Shown one piece after another: positions 19,128-29,916 of a stretch of 64,000 bases of DNA. The stretch comes from an uncultured Ruminococcus sp. (GTDB taxonomy: Bacteria; Bacillota; Clostridia; Oscillospirales; CAG-272). Made by a program: the position numbers and the translations under genes. A model generated the notes under the pieces. That model had not been told where the DNA came from. It ran no database searches and was given only the letters and a program-made list of their open reading frames with translations. The DNA lies in contig CAYSUO010000002.1 in assembly GCA_964434325.1 (NCBI GenBank), forward strand, positions 6,086 through 70,085, given 5' to 3'. Each line of letters begins with the position of its first letter. Position 1 is the stretch's first letter.

Positions 19128-20084
19128 ATGCACGAATTTAAAATAGAGAAAAACGACGCGGGGCAACGCGTTGATAAATTCATAAGCAAGGCGATAGATA
19201 TTCCGCCCGCCCTGCTCTACAAATCAATACGCTTAAAAAAGATAAAGCTCAACAGGAAGCGCACCGAGCACGCCGCCATCTTAAAGGAAGGCGACACGCT
19301 CCAATGCTTTTTGGCGGAGGAATTTTTCACGAAGCGGACGGACGACGGCTCTCTCGGGCGAATAACGCCGCACCTCGACATAATCTACGAGGACGAAAAT
19401 CTCCTGCTCCTCGACAAAAAGCCAGGGCTCGCCGTTCACGAGGACGAGCACGGCGCAACGAATACTCTTATAACGCACGTGCAGGCGTATCTATATCAAA
19501 AGGGAGAATACCGCCCGAGCGAGGAAAATTCGTTTGCCCCCGCGCTCTGCAACCGCATAGACAGGAACACGGGCGGGATAGTTATAGCCGCCAAGAACGC
19601 CGAGGCGCTTCGCATTATGAACGAAAAAATACGCGAGCGCGAGATAGATAAATTTTATCTCGCCGCAGTTCACGGGCTTCCGAAGAAAAAGGCTGACACG
19701 CTGACCGCCTATCTTTTGAAGGACGAAAAGACGAAAACGGTCAAGATATACGACGAGGCTCCGCCGCGAGGAGCTAAAAGAACTGTGACGCGCTATCGCG
19801 TTATAAAAGAAAAGGGCGGCGCGGCGCTTTGCGAGATAGAGCTTTTGACGGGGCGCACCCACCAGATACGCGCACAGATGGCGCATATCGGGCACCCGCT
19901 CATCGGCGACGGAAAATACGGAATAAACAAAAAGGACCGCGAGCGCGGGTACAGATATCAAGCGCTCTACTCGTACAGGCTCAAATTTTCTTTTCGCGGC
20001 GAAGAAAACGCACTTTCCTATTTGAACGGTAAGGAATTTACGATAGACCCCAAGAATATTTATTTCGTTCGCGACTTCGATTGA
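19128..20084 (+). CDS. RluA-family 23S rRNA pseudouridine synthase (RluD/YlyB-like)
   Basis: ORF track 19074..20084. S4-like N-terminus (QRVDKFIS.., IRLKKIKLNRKR), a catalytic NRIDRNTGGIVIAAKN, and TGRTHQIRAQMAHIGHPLIGDGKYG. Start at ATG 19128 after GGCGGAGGA. Confidence 0.85.
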   Translation: MHEFKIEKNDAGQRVDKFISKAIDIPPALLYKSIRLKKIKLNRKRTEHAAILKEGDTLQCFLAEEFFTKRTDDGSLGRITPHLDIIYEDENLLLLDKKPGLAVHEDEHGATNTLITHVQAYLYQKGEYRPSEENSFAPALCNRIDRNTGGIVIAAKNAEALRIMNEKIREREIDKFYLAAVHGLPKKKADTLTAYLLKDEKTKTVKIYDEAPPRGAKRTVTRYRVIKEKGGAALCEIELLTGRTHQIRAQMAHIGHPLIGDGKYGINKKDRERGYRYQALYSYRLKFSFRGEENALSYLNGKEFTIDPKNIYFVRDFD

Positions 20085-20220
20085 GGTCGCGAAACGTATA
20101 TATGCACGCATATAATGCATATTTATTCATAGTATGTGGCACTTTTAAACATTATAATTTAAGTTTTGTCGTGTATTTATGTTTATTTTTGACGATTTTA
20201 AATTATTTTTGCAAAAAGTA

Positions 20221-20249
20221 TTGCATATTTATTCGCATAGTGCTATAAT
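20221..20249 (+). promoter_or_regulatory. Predicted promoter of the amino-acid ABC operon
   Basis: TTGCAT-17 nt-TATAAT, followed by a GC-rich structured leader of about 110 nt. Confidence 0.55.
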
Positions 20250-20316
20250 AGCTTCATCAAAACGAGCCGCCGAGACGCGAGAGCAAAGGCGGGGGCACTA
20301 AGCGAAGCCGCTGTGC

Positions 20317-20361
20317 CCGCCGCGAAGCCCACGTTCCCGAATGCGGCGGAACGGAGAAAAA
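20317..20361 (+). promoter_or_regulatory. Stem-loop + SD cassette upstream of the amino-acid binding protein gene
   Basis: CCGCCGC-19 nt loop-GCGGCGG-AACGGAG-AAAAA-ATG. Confidence 0.4.
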
Positions 20362-21144
20362 ATGAAAAAAATACTTACACTCATCCTTTGCGCGGCACTT
20401 ATGCTGACTTCCGTCGCCGCTTTCACCTCTTGCGGCACGAAGGGAAAAACACTCGAAGAGGTCAAGGCGGCGGGCAAGCTCGTCGTTGCCACGAGCCCCG
20501 ACTTCCCGCCCTTTGAAAATCTCGAAGGCGGCGAGATCGTCGGAATAGAGCCCGAGCTCATCAAGCTCGTTGGCGCTAAGCTCGGCGTTGAAGTTGAGAT
20601 AAAGTCCATCAGCTTCGACGCGATACTCACGGGCGTTCAGGCTGGAAAATACGACTGCGGCGTTGCTGGCATATCCATTGACCCCGAGCGTGCGAAGAAC
20701 ACTCTATTCACCGACGCCTACTGCCTCGCGGCACAGTGCATCGTCGTCCCCGCTGGAAGCTCGATAACCTGCAAGGCCGATCTCGAAGGCAAGAAGATCG
20801 CCGTTCAAACGGGTACCACCGCGGCAACTTTCTGCGCTGAGGCGGGCTATAATCTCAGCCAATACGAGCTCAACCAGGACGCGCTTCTGGCATTGACGCA
20901 AGGCAAGGTCGACGCCTGGGTGGTCGATGACCTTTCCGCGGCGGAGATGACGAAGGACAACGCGAACGTCAAGGTGCTCGACGAGGCGATGACCTCGGAG
21001 CCCTACGCCTTCGCCTTCGCCTTCGGCTCCGAGGACCTGGTCGCCGAGGTCAACAAGGCGATAAAGGAGCTCATCGACGACGGAACGGTAGCGGCTCTCT
21101 TTGCCAAGTACGACGCCCCCTACACGAAGCCGACTAACAACTAA
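20362..21144 (+). CDS. Polar amino-acid ABC transporter substrate-binding lipoprotein (family 3)
   Basis: ORF track 20341..21144. Lipoprotein signal MKKILTLILCAALMLTSVAAFTSCG, plus LVVATSPDFPPFE and DAILTGVQAGKYDCGVAG. Confidence 0.85.
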   Translation: MKKILTLILCAALMLTSVAAFTSCGTKGKTLEEVKAAGKLVVATSPDFPPFENLEGGEIVGIEPELIKLVGAKLGVEVEIKSISFDAILTGVQAGKYDCGVAGISIDPERAKNTLFTDAYCLAAQCIVVPAGSSITCKADLEGKKIAVQTGTTAATFCAEAGYNLSQYELNQDALLALTQGKVDAWVVDDLSAAEMTKDNANVKVLDEAMTSEPYAFAFAFGSEDLVAEVNKAIKELIDDGTVAALFAKYDAPYTKPTNN

Positions 21145-21333
21145 ACATACGACAGTGCTGTTTCTAAGAATGCGGCGAGAATTTTTCGCCGCATTCTTAT
21201 GGCGTTCTTATGAAAAGCGATGACTGCCGAAGTCAGCGCGAAGCTCCTTCCCTGCCCTAAGGCATATTGCATACGCCGCGGCAGAAGGCTTACACCTATT
21301 GGCAGATCCACACACGAGCGAACGGAGAAAACA

Positions 21334-22020
21334 ATGAGCTGGTTTGAAAAGCTACATAACACTTTTATAAAAAACGGCAACTACAAAATGATATTCGAGG
21401 GGCTTGGCAACACGCTTCTGATAACGCTCTGCGCGCTCGCCATCGGCGTTCTCATCGGGGCGACGATAGCCGTTGCCAAATATTACGCCGAGGGAAACCC
21501 GCGCTTAAAGGTCGTTGACCGAATATGCGATGTCTACACGACGGTGATACGCGGAATACCGATGACGGTCTTGCTCCTGATATTCTACTTTATAATTTTC
21601 GTCTCGGACACGAACGGCGTTATGACCGCGATAATAGCCTTTGGAATAAACTCGGGAGCCTACATGGCGGAGCTTGTGCGGAGCGGCATCTCGGCGGTCG
21701 ACAAGGGGCAGATGGAAGCGGCGCGAAGCCTCGGGCTTTCAAAATGGCAGGCGATGAAAACGGTCATATTCCCGCAAGCCGTCAAAAACGTTTTGCCCGC
21801 GATAGGCAACGAATGTATCGCGCTTCTCAAAGAGACCTCGGTGGCAGGCTACGTTACCGTCGTCGATCTGACGCGCGCGCTCAATCTGATAAGGACGAAC
21901 ACGAATGACGCGGTAAATCCGCTCATACTGCTGGCACTCATATATCTCGTTTTAGTCATTCTTATGACGAAGCTTTTATCAATACTTGAAAAGAGGTTAC
22001 GCAAAAGTGACAGGCGTTGA
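21334..22020 (+). CDS. Polar amino-acid ABC transporter permease (HisM/GlnP type)
   Basis: ORF track 21220..22020. EAA-type loop [25 protein letters not shown]. Start at ATG 21334 after ACGGAGAAA. Confidence 0.85.
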   Translation: MSWFEKLHNTFIKNGNYKMIFEGLGNTLLITLCALAIGVLIGATIAVAKYYAEGNPRLKVVDRICDVYTTVIRGIPMTVLLLIFYFIIFVSDTNGVMTAIIAFGINSGAYMAELVRSGISAVDKGQMEAARSLGLSKWQAMKTVIFPQAVKNVLPAIGNECIALLKETSVAGYVTVVDLTRALNLIRTNTNDAVNPLILLALIYLVLVILMTKLLSILEKRLRKSDRR

Positions 22021-22756
22021 ATGCAAGGAAAAGATAATAGAGGTCACGGGGCTCAAAAAGAGCTTCGGTGACGCGGAAGTCTTGAAAGAAATCGACGTCG
22101 ATATATACAAGGGCGACGTGCTCTGTATCATTGGAGCCTCGGGCTCGGGAAAATCGACATTTTTGCGCTGCCTCAACCTCTTGGAAACGCCAACTGCGGG
22201 GCATATAAAGTATCACGGGGACGAGCTTACCTCGGGAAAGGTAGATCTCGACGCGCACCGACAGAAGATGGGCATGGTCTTTCAGCAATTCAATCTTTTC
22301 CCGAATATGACGGTGCTGAAAAATCTGACGCTGGCGCCGACGATGCTGAAAAAGCTCTCGCGCGAGGAAGCCGAAAAGAAGGCGATGAGCTTGCTTGCGC
22401 GAGTCGGGCTCGCGGATAGAGCAAACGAATATCCCTCCCGCCTTTCGGGCGGGCAGAAGCAGCGCATTGCCATAGTGCGCGCTCTGTGCATGGAGCCCGA
22501 CGTTATGCTCTTCGACGAGCCGACCTCGGCGCTTGATCCCGAGATGGTGGGCGAAGTTCTTGACGTTATGAAGGAGCTCGCCGCCGAAGGAATGACGATG
22601 GTGGTGGTCACGCACGAGATGAACTTTGCCAAGGAGGTGGCAAACCGCGTCATTTTCCTTGACGAGGGCGTTATCGCGGAGGACAATACGCCGAAGGAAC
22701 TTTTTGAAGCTCCGCGCTCCGAGCGCTTGAAAACCTTTCTTTCAAAGGTGCTTTGA
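22007..22756 (+). CDS. glnQ: Polar amino-acid ABC transporter ATP-binding protein (GlnQ type)
   Basis: ORF track 21986..22756. [30 protein letters not shown] and [16 protein letters not shown] 22007 follows AAGAGG. The TTG 21986 start is the alternative. Confidence 0.85.
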   Translation: MTGVECKEKIIEVTGLKKSFGDAEVLKEIDVDIYKGDVLCIIGASGSGKSTFLRCLNLLETPTAGHIKYHGDELTSGKVDLDAHRQKMGMVFQQFNLFPNMTVLKNLTLAPTMLKKLSREEAEKKAMSLLARVGLADRANEYPSRLSGGQKQRIAIVRALCMEPDVMLFDEPTSALDPEMVGEVLDVMKELAAEGMTMVVVTHEMNFAKEVANRVIFLDEGVIAEDNTPKELFEAPRSERLKTFLSKVL

Positions 22757-22792
22757 GCGCCTTATGGGCGTTGCACTAATATGAGCTTATAA

Positions 22793-22845
22793 AAACGGTA
22801 GAGGCAAAGAGTTTTCTTTGTTTCTACCGTTTCTGTTTGTTTTTG
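22793..22845. terminator. Bidirectional rho-independent terminator (module A-type hairpin)
   Basis: aaaaACGGTAGAGGCAAAGAgtttTCTTTGTTTCTACCGTttctgtttgttttt, between convergent genes. Confidence 0.7.
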
Positions 22846-22860
22846 GTTAAATGGAATACG

Positions 22861-23133
22861 TTATTCTCCGTATTCAAGCTCTTTTACGAGCTCGATCAAG
22901 GGCTTGCCGTCAATTCGATAATTGAGAAGCAGATCGTCGAAGCTATCATACGTTCCTGCAACCTCTCCCGCCGTCTCAACTACCTGCACGGTTTGTCCCA
23001 ACGGCTCTAATACAAAAGATTTATCTTTGTATTCCAGCGTTATTTCACTTTGACCGTTGATACACCATTTTTCTATCTGTGCAATAAACTCCCTATCGTC
23101 ATCGTCGAGGTCGTATTTCGTTAAATCGAGCAT
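22861..23133 (-). CDS. Hypothetical small acidic protein (90 aa), no recognisable family
   Basis: ORF track. Clean ORF in a visibly AT-richer stretch. Upstream GAAAAAGGAGA SD-like sequence (cgaaaaaggagatttctataATG). Confidence 0.55.
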   Translation of the reverse strand: MLDLTKYDLDDDDREFIAQIEKWCINGQSEITLEYKDKSFVLEPLGQTVQVVETAGEVAGTYDSFDDLLLNYRIDGKPLIELVKELEYGE

Positions 23134-23259
23134 TATAGAAATCTCCTTTTTCGTTTTGCTTTCTCAAACTCCAAATTCTCGCTTGTCAGCTTTCGCGCCA
23201 ATGTCATATTCTTTTTACACATTATGAAATGTCACATACTCCATAAGTCGGAACCTGCT

Positions 23260-23697
23260 TTATTTTTTCCCCGTTGAGCCGAAGCCGCCCGCGCCGCGCT
23301 CCGTGGACGAGAGCTCATCGACGAGGGTGAACTCGGCTTTGAGGAAAGGGACGATGCAAAGCTGGGCGACGCGCTCGCCGCCTTCGATTTTGGCTTCGCT
23401 GTCACCGTGGTTATGGAGGGCGACCATTATCTCGCCGCGATAATCGGCGTCGATGACGCCGACCTTGTTGGCGGGGGCGAGCCCGCGCTTCGTGGCGAGA
23501 CCGCTTCTGGCGAAGATGAGCCCCGCGTAGCCCTCGGGGATTTCGACGGCGAGCCCCGTATGCACGAGGGCGGTGGTGTGGGGAGCAATTACGACGTCGG
23601 CGCCCGTGAGGGCGTAGAGGTCGGCGCCCGCGGCGAGCTCCGTTCCGTAGGTGGGGAGGCTTGCTCCCTCGTTAAGCTTTTTAATATTCACTTTCAT
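23260..23697 (-). CDS. dut: dUTP diphosphatase
   Basis: ORF track. GAGADLYAL, GLAPANKVGVIDADYRGEI and a C-terminal ERGAGGFGSTG. Confidence 0.9.
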   Translation of the reverse strand: MKVNIKKLNEGASLPTYGTELAAGADLYALTGADVVIAPHTTALVHTGLAVEIPEGYAGLIFARSGLATKRGLAPANKVGVIDADYRGEIMVALHNHGDSEAKIEGGERVAQLCIVPFLKAEFTLVDELSSTERGAGGFGSTGKK

Positions 23698-23730
23698 TTA
23701 AACTTCTCCGTTCCGCCGCGTCAGCGGCGC
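23698..23730 (-). promoter_or_regulatory. Stem-loop + SD cassette upstream of dut
   Basis: Minus strand reads CGCCGC-UGAC-GCGGCG-GAACGGAG-AAGTTTAA-ATG. Confidence 0.45.
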
Positions 23731-23868
23731 AAATTTTTATTTACATTTATAATGATACGATGTGCTTTGGCTTCCGTGTGAGCTTTTTAACTTTATTTAA
23801 GCTCTGCCCGCGCGAAGCCGCGCGCTTTTAAACTCGCGTTTTTTTAGCACGGATAGTATCTAAAACGG

Positions 23869-24429
23869 TTACTCCGTTTTATCGAAGCTTCTATCCTCGC
23901 GGCACCCGTCCCATATCACTATCGCACCTTGGGCGCGCGTTTTGTTCATATCGATGACGCGCTGGTTTGACGAGCCACGGAAGCGAAGCCCGAGACGTTT
24001 ATTCTCCTCCTCGAAGCGCCCGTCCACGAGTATATCGACGAGGGAAAGGAGCTTCGCCGTTATATCGAGGCACTTATAATGATTTCCGAGAGCGCCCGTC
24101 AGCTCCTCGTAGAGATTGCCCGTATAGAGCCAGACGGTTTTATTCGGGAAGCGCCTTTTGAACTCCTTCAAAAAAGGCAGGAGGGCGCGCTGATTTTCGG
24201 GCTCCATGGGCTCGCCGCCGAGAACGCTGAGTCCGCGCACGGAGGGGTTGGACATAGACGCGAATATTTCGTTTTCCGCCGCCTCGTCGAATGGCTCACC
24301 GTAGTCGAAAGCCCATGTTTCGACGTTGAAGCAGTTTTTACAGTGATTGCGACAACCGCTGACGAAAAGCGAGGTACGTACCCCTTCGCCGTTGGCGACG
24401 TCGCATTTTTTTATAGCTCCGTAATTCAA
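23869..24429 (-). CDS. nrdG: Anaerobic ribonucleoside-triphosphate reductase activating protein (radical SAM)
   Basis: ORF track, TTG start. MNYGAIKKCDVANGEGVRTSLFVSGCRNHCKNCFNVETW. Confidence 0.85.
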   Translation of the reverse strand: MNYGAIKKCDVANGEGVRTSLFVSGCRNHCKNCFNVETWAFDYGEPFDEAAENEIFASMSNPSVRGLSVLGGEPMEPENQRALLPFLKEFKRRFPNKTVWLYTGNLYEELTGALGNHYKCLDITAKLLSLVDILVDGRFEEENKRLGLRFRGSSNQRVIDMNKTRAQGAIVIWDGCREDRSFDKTE

Positions 24430-24470
24430 GCTTATCGTTCCTTTCTCTGCTTTGGGAATTTAGTTGATTT

Positions 24471-24656
24471 GGTGCGATGGCTTTCCGACTTCAAGCTCGC
24501 TCGAAGATGACTCACAAGGGCGAGCTTTGCTTTCTCGGCTTCAAAGCAATGTGCTTGTGTGGGCGCCTTTTCGACAAACGGCGACTCGCGATGGAGGTTT
24601 TGCGTTCTCTGGCTTAAAGCAATGCGCTCGTGTGGGCGCCGTTCGCCGACTCCAAG
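24471..24656. repeat. Degenerate ~74-bp tandem repeat (about 2.5 units) in the uvrA-nrdG spacer
   Basis: ggcttcaaagcaatgtgcttgtgtgggcgcc (24537-24567) versus ggcttaaagcaatgcgctcgtgtgggcgcc (24611-24640). Flanking ..ccgact(t/c)caag.. also recurs. Confidence 0.7.
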
Positions 24657-24737
24657 TTTCTTAGGATACGCGCTTTTCGGGCGTGACATTCAAGAACGCC
24701 TGCTCGATTTTGACATAGAGCGATCCGTCGCGACGCG

Positions 24738-27569
24738 CTATTTATCCACTTTGAGTTTTTCGCGGAGGAAGGCACCCGTGTACGACGCTTCGCAAAGGGC
24801 TACCTCTTCGGGAGTTCCCGTGGCGACGACGGTGCCTCCGCCGTCTCCCCCCTCGGGGCCGAGGTCGATGATATAGTCCGCCGTTTTTATCAGGTCAAGG
24901 TTATGCTCGATGACGACGACGGTGTTGCCCGCGTCCGCGAGGCGTTGTAGAATGGCGACGAGGCGCGCAACGTCCTCGGTGTGAAGCCCCGTTGTCGGCT
25001 CGTCAAGTATATATATCGTTCTGCCCGTTGAGCGCTTGGCGAGCTCCGCCGCCAGCTTGACGCGCTGTGCTTCTCCGCCCGAAAGCGTCGTCGACGACTG
25101 ACCTATCTTGATATAGCCGAGCCCGACGTCGCAAAGCGTTGTCAGCTTACGGCTGAGCTGGGGCAGGTCGCCGAAGAAGGAGACGCCCTCTTCGACGGAC
25201 ATTTCGAGAACGTCATAAATGCTCTTCCCTTTATACTTCACGTCAAGGGTATCGCGATTATAGCGCTTACCGCCGCAAACGTCGCAACGAACGTAGACGT
25301 CAGGCAGGAAGTTCATTTCGATGCATTTAACTCCGTCTCCCTCGCAAGCCTCGCAGCGCCCGCCGCGAACGTTGAATGAGAAGCGCCCCGCGTCAAATCC
25401 GCGCGCCTTGGCGTCCTTGGTCTGCGCGAAGAGGTTGCGTATATCCGTGAAGAGCCCCGTATAGGTGGCGGGGTTTGAGCGCGGCGTTCGCCCTATGGGG
25501 CTCTGGTCTATGGCGATGACCTTATCGAGCTCTTCAAGCCCGCGTATCTCCTTGACGCGCCCTGGGTAGGTGATGGCGCGATTGAGGTCGCGCGCGAGGG
25601 TGCGATACAAGATGGAATTGACGAGCGACGACTTGCCGCTCCCCGAAACGCCCGTTACGGCGACGAAGCAGCCGAGGGGAATATCGACGTTTATGTTTTT
25701 AAGATTATTTTCCGCCGCGCCTATTATTTGAAGGTGTGAGCCGTTCCCCGCGCGGCGCGCGGCGGGAACGGGAATGCACTTGCGCCCTGAAAGGTACGCC
25801 CCCGTCACGGAGGCTTCGCACTGCCCCACCTCGGCGGGGCTTCCAACGGCGACGACCTCGCCGCCGTGTATTCCCGCGCCAGGGCCTATATCCACGATGA
25901 AATCGGCGGCGCGCATGGTATCCTCATCGTGCTCGACGACGATGACGCTGTTGCCGAGATCGCGAAGACTTTTCAGGGTGGCGATGAGCTTCCCGTTGTC
26001 GCGCTGGTGGAGCCCTATGCTCGGCTCGTCCAAAATATAGAGCACACCCGTAAGCGCCGAGCCTATCTGCGTTGCCAAGCGAATACGCTGTGCCTCACCG
26101 CCCGAGAGCGTTCCCGCCGTTCTCGCGAGGGTGAGATAATCGAGCCCGACGCTTATCAAAAAGTTTAAGCGCGCCTTTATCTCTTTTAGTATCTCCTTCG
26201 CTATCTTGCTTTCGCTTTCGTTAAATTTGAGTCCTTCCACGAAGGCGAGCATTTTATCTATCGAAAGGCGACATATTTCGTCGATATTGAGGCCGCCGAC
26301 GGTGACCGCGAGCACCATATCGGAGAGGCGACGACCGCGACAGCGGGGGCACGCGACCTCTTCGACGAACTCCTGATAGTAATCGCCGCCCGCCATCTTC
26401 ATACGCTTTTCGATGATGTGAACGATACCGTCAAACGTCGTGGTCTGTTCCCTGCCCTCGCCGCCAAAATAGCGAGTGACGGTATATTTTTTGCTCCCCG
26501 TTCCGTACATAAGAACATTCATCGCCTCGTCGGAAAACTCGGAGAGGGGCATATCCAAGGTGAAGCCGTGGTCTCTACCGACGGCGGCGACGAGGGGCCC
26601 CGTCCACGAGTCCTCGGTCAAGGTCTTAAATCCGTTTGCGGCTATTCCGCCGTCTCGAAGGGTCAGCTTTTTATTGGGAACGAGCTTATTAACGGACACA
26701 CGCTGCATATTCCCTATGCCCGCGCACTCTGGGCAAGCGCCTATCGGGTTATTGAACGAGAACATACGAGGCTCAAGCTCGGGGAAGCTTATCCCGTGCT
26801 CCTCACAGGCGTACTTTTGCGAGAACTCAAATTCCTCGCCCTCTCCCTCTCGCGGAACGGTGACGATACAGACTCGCCCGTCCGCGGCGCGGAGCGCACT
26901 GCTCACCGAATCGGAAAGGCGCGCGCGGAGATCACCTTTTATAACGAGTCTGTCCACCACGATGTCCACGGTGTGCTTTATATTCTTATCGAGCTTTATC
27001 TCCTCCGAGAGCTCATACATATTTCCGTCAACGCGGACGCGGGCGAAGCCACTTTTTCGCGCCTCGGCAAAGAGCTTTTCGTGCATTCCCTTTTGCGCCT
27101 TCACCACGGGCGCGAGGACGAGAAAGCGCGTTCCCTCGGGGAGGGCGAGTATTCTATCGACTATCTGATCCTGCGTTTGCTGGCGTATCTCCTTGCCGCA
27201 CACGGGGCAATGCGGAATACCAACGCGCGCGTAGAGCAGCCTCAAATAGTCGTATATCTCCGTCACCGTTCCCACCGTGGAGCGAGGATTTTTCGACGTT
27301 GTTTTTTGGTCTATGGATATGGCGGGGGAAAGCCCCTCGATGAGATCCACGTCGGGCTTATCCATCTGCCCGAGAAACATACGGGCATAAGAGGAGAGGC
27401 TTTCAACGAAGCGGCGATGCCCCTCGGCATAGAGGGTATCGAACGCGAGCGACGATTTTCCGCTTCCCGAAAGCCCCGTTAAAACGACGAGCTTATCCCG
27501 CGGTATCGTCAGGTCTATGTTTTTCAGATTATTGACTCTTGCGCCTTTTATAACTATATTTCTCGACAT
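24738..27569 (-). CDS. uvrA: Excinuclease ABC subunit A
   Basis: ORF track, 943 aa. [39 protein letters not shown], two ABC modules and zinc-finger cysteines. Confidence 0.95.
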   Translation of the reverse strand: MSRNIVIKGARVNNLKNIDLTIPRDKLVVLTGLSGSGKSSLAFDTLYAEGHRRFVESLSSYARMFLGQMDKPDVDLIEGLSPAISIDQKTTSKNPRSTVGTVTEIYDYLRLLYARVGIPHCPVCGKEIRQQTQDQIVDRILALPEGTRFLVLAPVVKAQKGMHEKLFAEARKSGFARVRVDGNMYELSEEIKLDKNIKHTVDIVVDRLVIKGDLRARLSDSVSSALRAADGRVCIVTVPREGEGEEFEFSQKYACEEHGISFPELEPRMFSFNNPIGACPECAGIGNMQRVSVNKLVPNKKLTLRDGGIAANGFKTLTEDSWTGPLVAAVGRDHGFTLDMPLSEFSDEAMNVLMYGTGSKKYTVTRYFGGEGREQTTTFDGIVHIIEKRMKMAGGDYYQEFVEEVACPRCRGRRLSDMVLAVTVGGLNIDEICRLSIDKMLAFVEGLKFNESESKIAKEILKEIKARLNFLISVGLDYLTLARTAGTLSGGEAQRIRLATQIGSALTGVLYILDEPSIGLHQRDNGKLIATLKSLRDLGNSVIVVEHDEDTMRAADFIVDIGPGAGIHGGEVVAVGSPAEVGQCEASVTGAYLSGRKCIPVPAARRAGNGSHLQIIGAAENNLKNINVDIPLGCFVAVTGVSGSGKSSLVNSILYRTLARDLNRAITYPGRVKEIRGLEELDKVIAIDQSPIGRTPRSNPATYTGLFTDIRNLFAQTKDAKARGFDAGRFSFNVRGGRCEACEGDGVKCIEMNFLPDVYVRCDVCGGKRYNRDTLDVKYKGKSIYDVLEMSVEEGVSFFGDLPQLSRKLTTLCDVGLGYIKIGQSSTTLSGGEAQRVKLAAELAKRSTGRTIYILDEPTTGLHTEDVARLVAILQRLADAGNTVVVIEHNLDLIKTADYIIDLGPEGGDGGGTVVATGTPEEVALCEASYTGAFLREKLKVDK

Positions 27570-27601
27570 TACAATTCCTTTCGCACTTCTCGGAGCGTTC
27601 G

Positions 27602-29566
27602 CTATTTATTCGAACTTCTAAGCTCCTTTATCTTATCGCGAATATACGCCGCCTTTTCAAATTCAAGCGCTCGCGCCGCTTCGCGCATTTCCGCGCCGAG
27701 GCGTTCTATCGTTTTTTCCAATTCAAGGCGCGTAAGCTTTTTCTGCTTTTCGGGCTTCGCCTTCTTACCTATTTCGATGACGTCCGCAACCTTTTTGACT
27801 ATGGAACGCGGCGTTATACCGTGCTCCTCGTTATACTTCATCTGTATCTCGCGGCGGCGCTCCGTTTCGTCTATTGCGCCGCGCATTGAGCCCGTTATAT
27901 GATCGGCATACATAACGACGTGCCCTCTCACGTTACGCGCGGCTCTTCCCACGGTCTGTATGAGCGAGGTCTCGCTTCTCAAAAAGCCTTCCTTGTCCGC
28001 GTCAAGTATCGCGACGAGAGAGACCTCGGGGATATCAAGCCCTTCGCGCAAAAGGTTTATTCCGACGAGCACGTCAAATTCTCCGAGGCGAAGGTCGCGT
28101 ATTATCTCCATGCGCTCCATCGTCTCCACCCTGTGGTGGATATACTTGACCTTGATGCCGTGCGTTGCGAGGTATTCCGTTAGGTCCTCCGCCATCTTCG
28201 TCGTCATCGTCGTTACGAGCGCCTTTTCACCGTGTGAGACGGTATCGCGCACCTCGCCTATCAGGTCGTCTATCTGCCCTTCTATCGGGCGCACCTCGAT
28301 GCGAGGATCGACGAGCCCCGTAGGTCTGATAAGTTGCTCGACGATGGAGGAGCTTTCGGCTCGCTCATAGTCGCCAGGGGTGGCGCTGACATAGACCACC
28401 TGCCCGAGCTTTGACTCAAACTCATCGAAAAAGAGGGGGCGATTATCGAAGGCGGACGGCAGACGAAAGCCAAACTCGACGAGATTCTTCTTCCGCGCAT
28501 AGTCTCCGCCGCTCATACCGCGCACCTGCGGAAGCGTCACGTGCGACTCGTCGATAAACGTGATAAAATCGCGCGGGAAATAATCAAGGAGCGTATACGG
28601 CGTTGAGCCCTCCTCGCGCCCCGAGAGGACGCGGGAATAGTTTTCGACGCCCGAGCAGAAGCCCACCTCGCGGAGCATTTCAAGGTCGTACCTCGTGCGC
28701 TCCTCTATCCTCTGTGCTTCTATGAGCTTGCCCTGCGACTTGAAGAACTCGACGCGCGCGAGCATTTCCTCCTCTATCTGCAACAGCGCCTCCTCCCGCC
28801 TCTCGTCGGAGACCGCGTAATGCGTTGCGGGGAATATGGCGGCATAGGAGAGCCGTTCCGTTACCTCGCCCGTCACGACGTTGATCTTAGAGACTCGATC
28901 GATAATGTCGCCGAAGAACTCGACGCGTATCGCAAAATCCTTTCCCGAGGCGGGAAAAATCTCGACGACGTCACCGCGCACTCTGAATTTATTACGTGCA
29001 AAATTTATATCGTTGCGCTCATAGCTTATGGAGACGAGGCGCCTGACGAGCTCGTCGCGCGACATATCCATATCGGGGCGCACCGCGACAAGGAGCTCGC
29101 TATATTCGGCGGGATCGCCGAGGGAATAGATACACGAGACAGAGGCGACGATGATAACGTCGCGCCGCTCGAAGAGCGCCGAGGTGGCGCTATGGCGGAG
29201 CATATCTATCTCGTCGTTTATCATCGCGTCCTTTTCTATATACATATCCTTCCCAGGGATATACGCCTCGGGCTGATAATAGTCGTAATAGGAGACGAAG
29301 TATTCGACTGCGTTCTCTGGGAAAAACTCGCGCAGCTCCGTGCATAGCTGGGCGGCAAGCGTTTTATTATGTGCGAGGACGAGGGCGGGGCGCCCGAGGC
29401 GCGCGATAACGTTTGCCATCGTGAACGTTTTTCCCGAGCCCGTAACTCCAACGAGCGTCTGCGCCCTTTCGCCAGCCTCAATGCCGCGAACAAGCGCCTC
29501 GATCGCCTCGGGCTGATCGCCCGTCGGCTTATATGAGCTTTTTAAAACGAAGTTTCTATCCTGCAT
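27602..29566 (-). CDS. uvrB: Excinuclease ABC subunit B
   Basis: ORF track, 654 aa. [22 protein letters not shown], helicase motifs and a C-terminal UVR domain ([14 protein letters not shown]). Confidence 0.95.
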   Translation of the reverse strand: MQDRNFVLKSSYKPTGDQPEAIEALVRGIEAGERAQTLVGVTGSGKTFTMANVIARLGRPALVLAHNKTLAAQLCTELREFFPENAVEYFVSYYDYYQPEAYIPGKDMYIEKDAMINDEIDMLRHSATSALFERRDVIIVASVSCIYSLGDPAEYSELLVAVRPDMDMSRDELVRRLVSISYERNDINFARNKFRVRGDVVEIFPASGKDFAIRVEFFGDIIDRVSKINVVTGEVTERLSYAAIFPATHYAVSDERREEALLQIEEEMLARVEFFKSQGKLIEAQRIEERTRYDLEMLREVGFCSGVENYSRVLSGREEGSTPYTLLDYFPRDFITFIDESHVTLPQVRGMSGGDYARKKNLVEFGFRLPSAFDNRPLFFDEFESKLGQVVYVSATPGDYERAESSSIVEQLIRPTGLVDPRIEVRPIEGQIDDLIGEVRDTVSHGEKALVTTMTTKMAEDLTEYLATHGIKVKYIHHRVETMERMEIIRDLRLGEFDVLVGINLLREGLDIPEVSLVAILDADKEGFLRSETSLIQTVGRAARNVRGHVVMYADHITGSMRGAIDETERRREIQMKYNEEHGITPRSIVKKVADVIEIGKKAKPEKQKKLTRLELEKTIERLGAEMREAARALEFEKAAYIRDKIKELRSSNK

Positions 29567-29588
29567 AGCCGCATCCTTTCAAGCATTT

Positions 29589-29617
29589 ATTTTATCACAT
29601 TTTATCGTCAAAGTAAA
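29589..29617 (-). promoter_or_regulatory. Predicted uvrB promoter
   Basis: Minus strand reads TTTACT-17 nt-TAAAAT with a TG extension (TGTGATAAAAT). Confidence 0.45.
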
Positions 29618-29741
29618 TAGAAAATAAATAAAACTTCAAGCAAAATGCTTTGAGCGACGGCTACAACAGTAGAAATTTAACAAAACACCTTGCAAATAAT
29701 ATTATAAACCTTGCACAGCTGCGACTTTTTGGCGCAAGGGC

Positions 29742-29770
29742 TTGAATATTTTAAAGTTTTATGCTAAAAT
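29742..29770 (+). promoter_or_regulatory. Predicted sdaA promoter
   Basis: TTGAAT-17 nt-TAAAAT, followed by a roughly 140-nt leader with several hairpins. Confidence 0.5.
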
Positions 29771-29916
29771 CTTATATGGTATGCGCCGAGGGAGCTTTCT
29801 CATTTTGCGCACCTCGGAGCGCGAGCATTCAGTGCCTCGATGGGAGGCACAAAAATTTCGTCGCTTGCGTTATTACGCGAAGCGAATGCTTTCACCGCGA
29901 AAGGAGCGGCAACGCT

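Noticed and set aside
24432-24689. 85-aa ORF (and overlapping 66- and 105-aa ORFs) in the uvrA-nrdG spacer
   Set aside because: The composition is basic and low in complexity. There are overlapping ORFs in several frames over a degenerate tandem repeat, with no SD. This is most likely non-coding.
29567-29700. LexA/SOS box upstream of uvrB
   Set aside because: No GAAC-N4-GTTC or CGAAC..GTTCG-type palindrome is present anywhere in the uvrB upstream region.
29761-29916. N-terminal extensions of the longest ORFs. Examples are sdaA from 29761, pheA from 6773, hom from 35370, rsmI from 47870, rpiB from 53974, mglB-like from 57008 and cysK from 16592.
   Set aside because: The extensions overlap upstream genes, promoters or terminators and lack family-typical sequence. 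In each case an internal ATG or GTG with a good SD begins exactly at the conserved N-terminus of the family.
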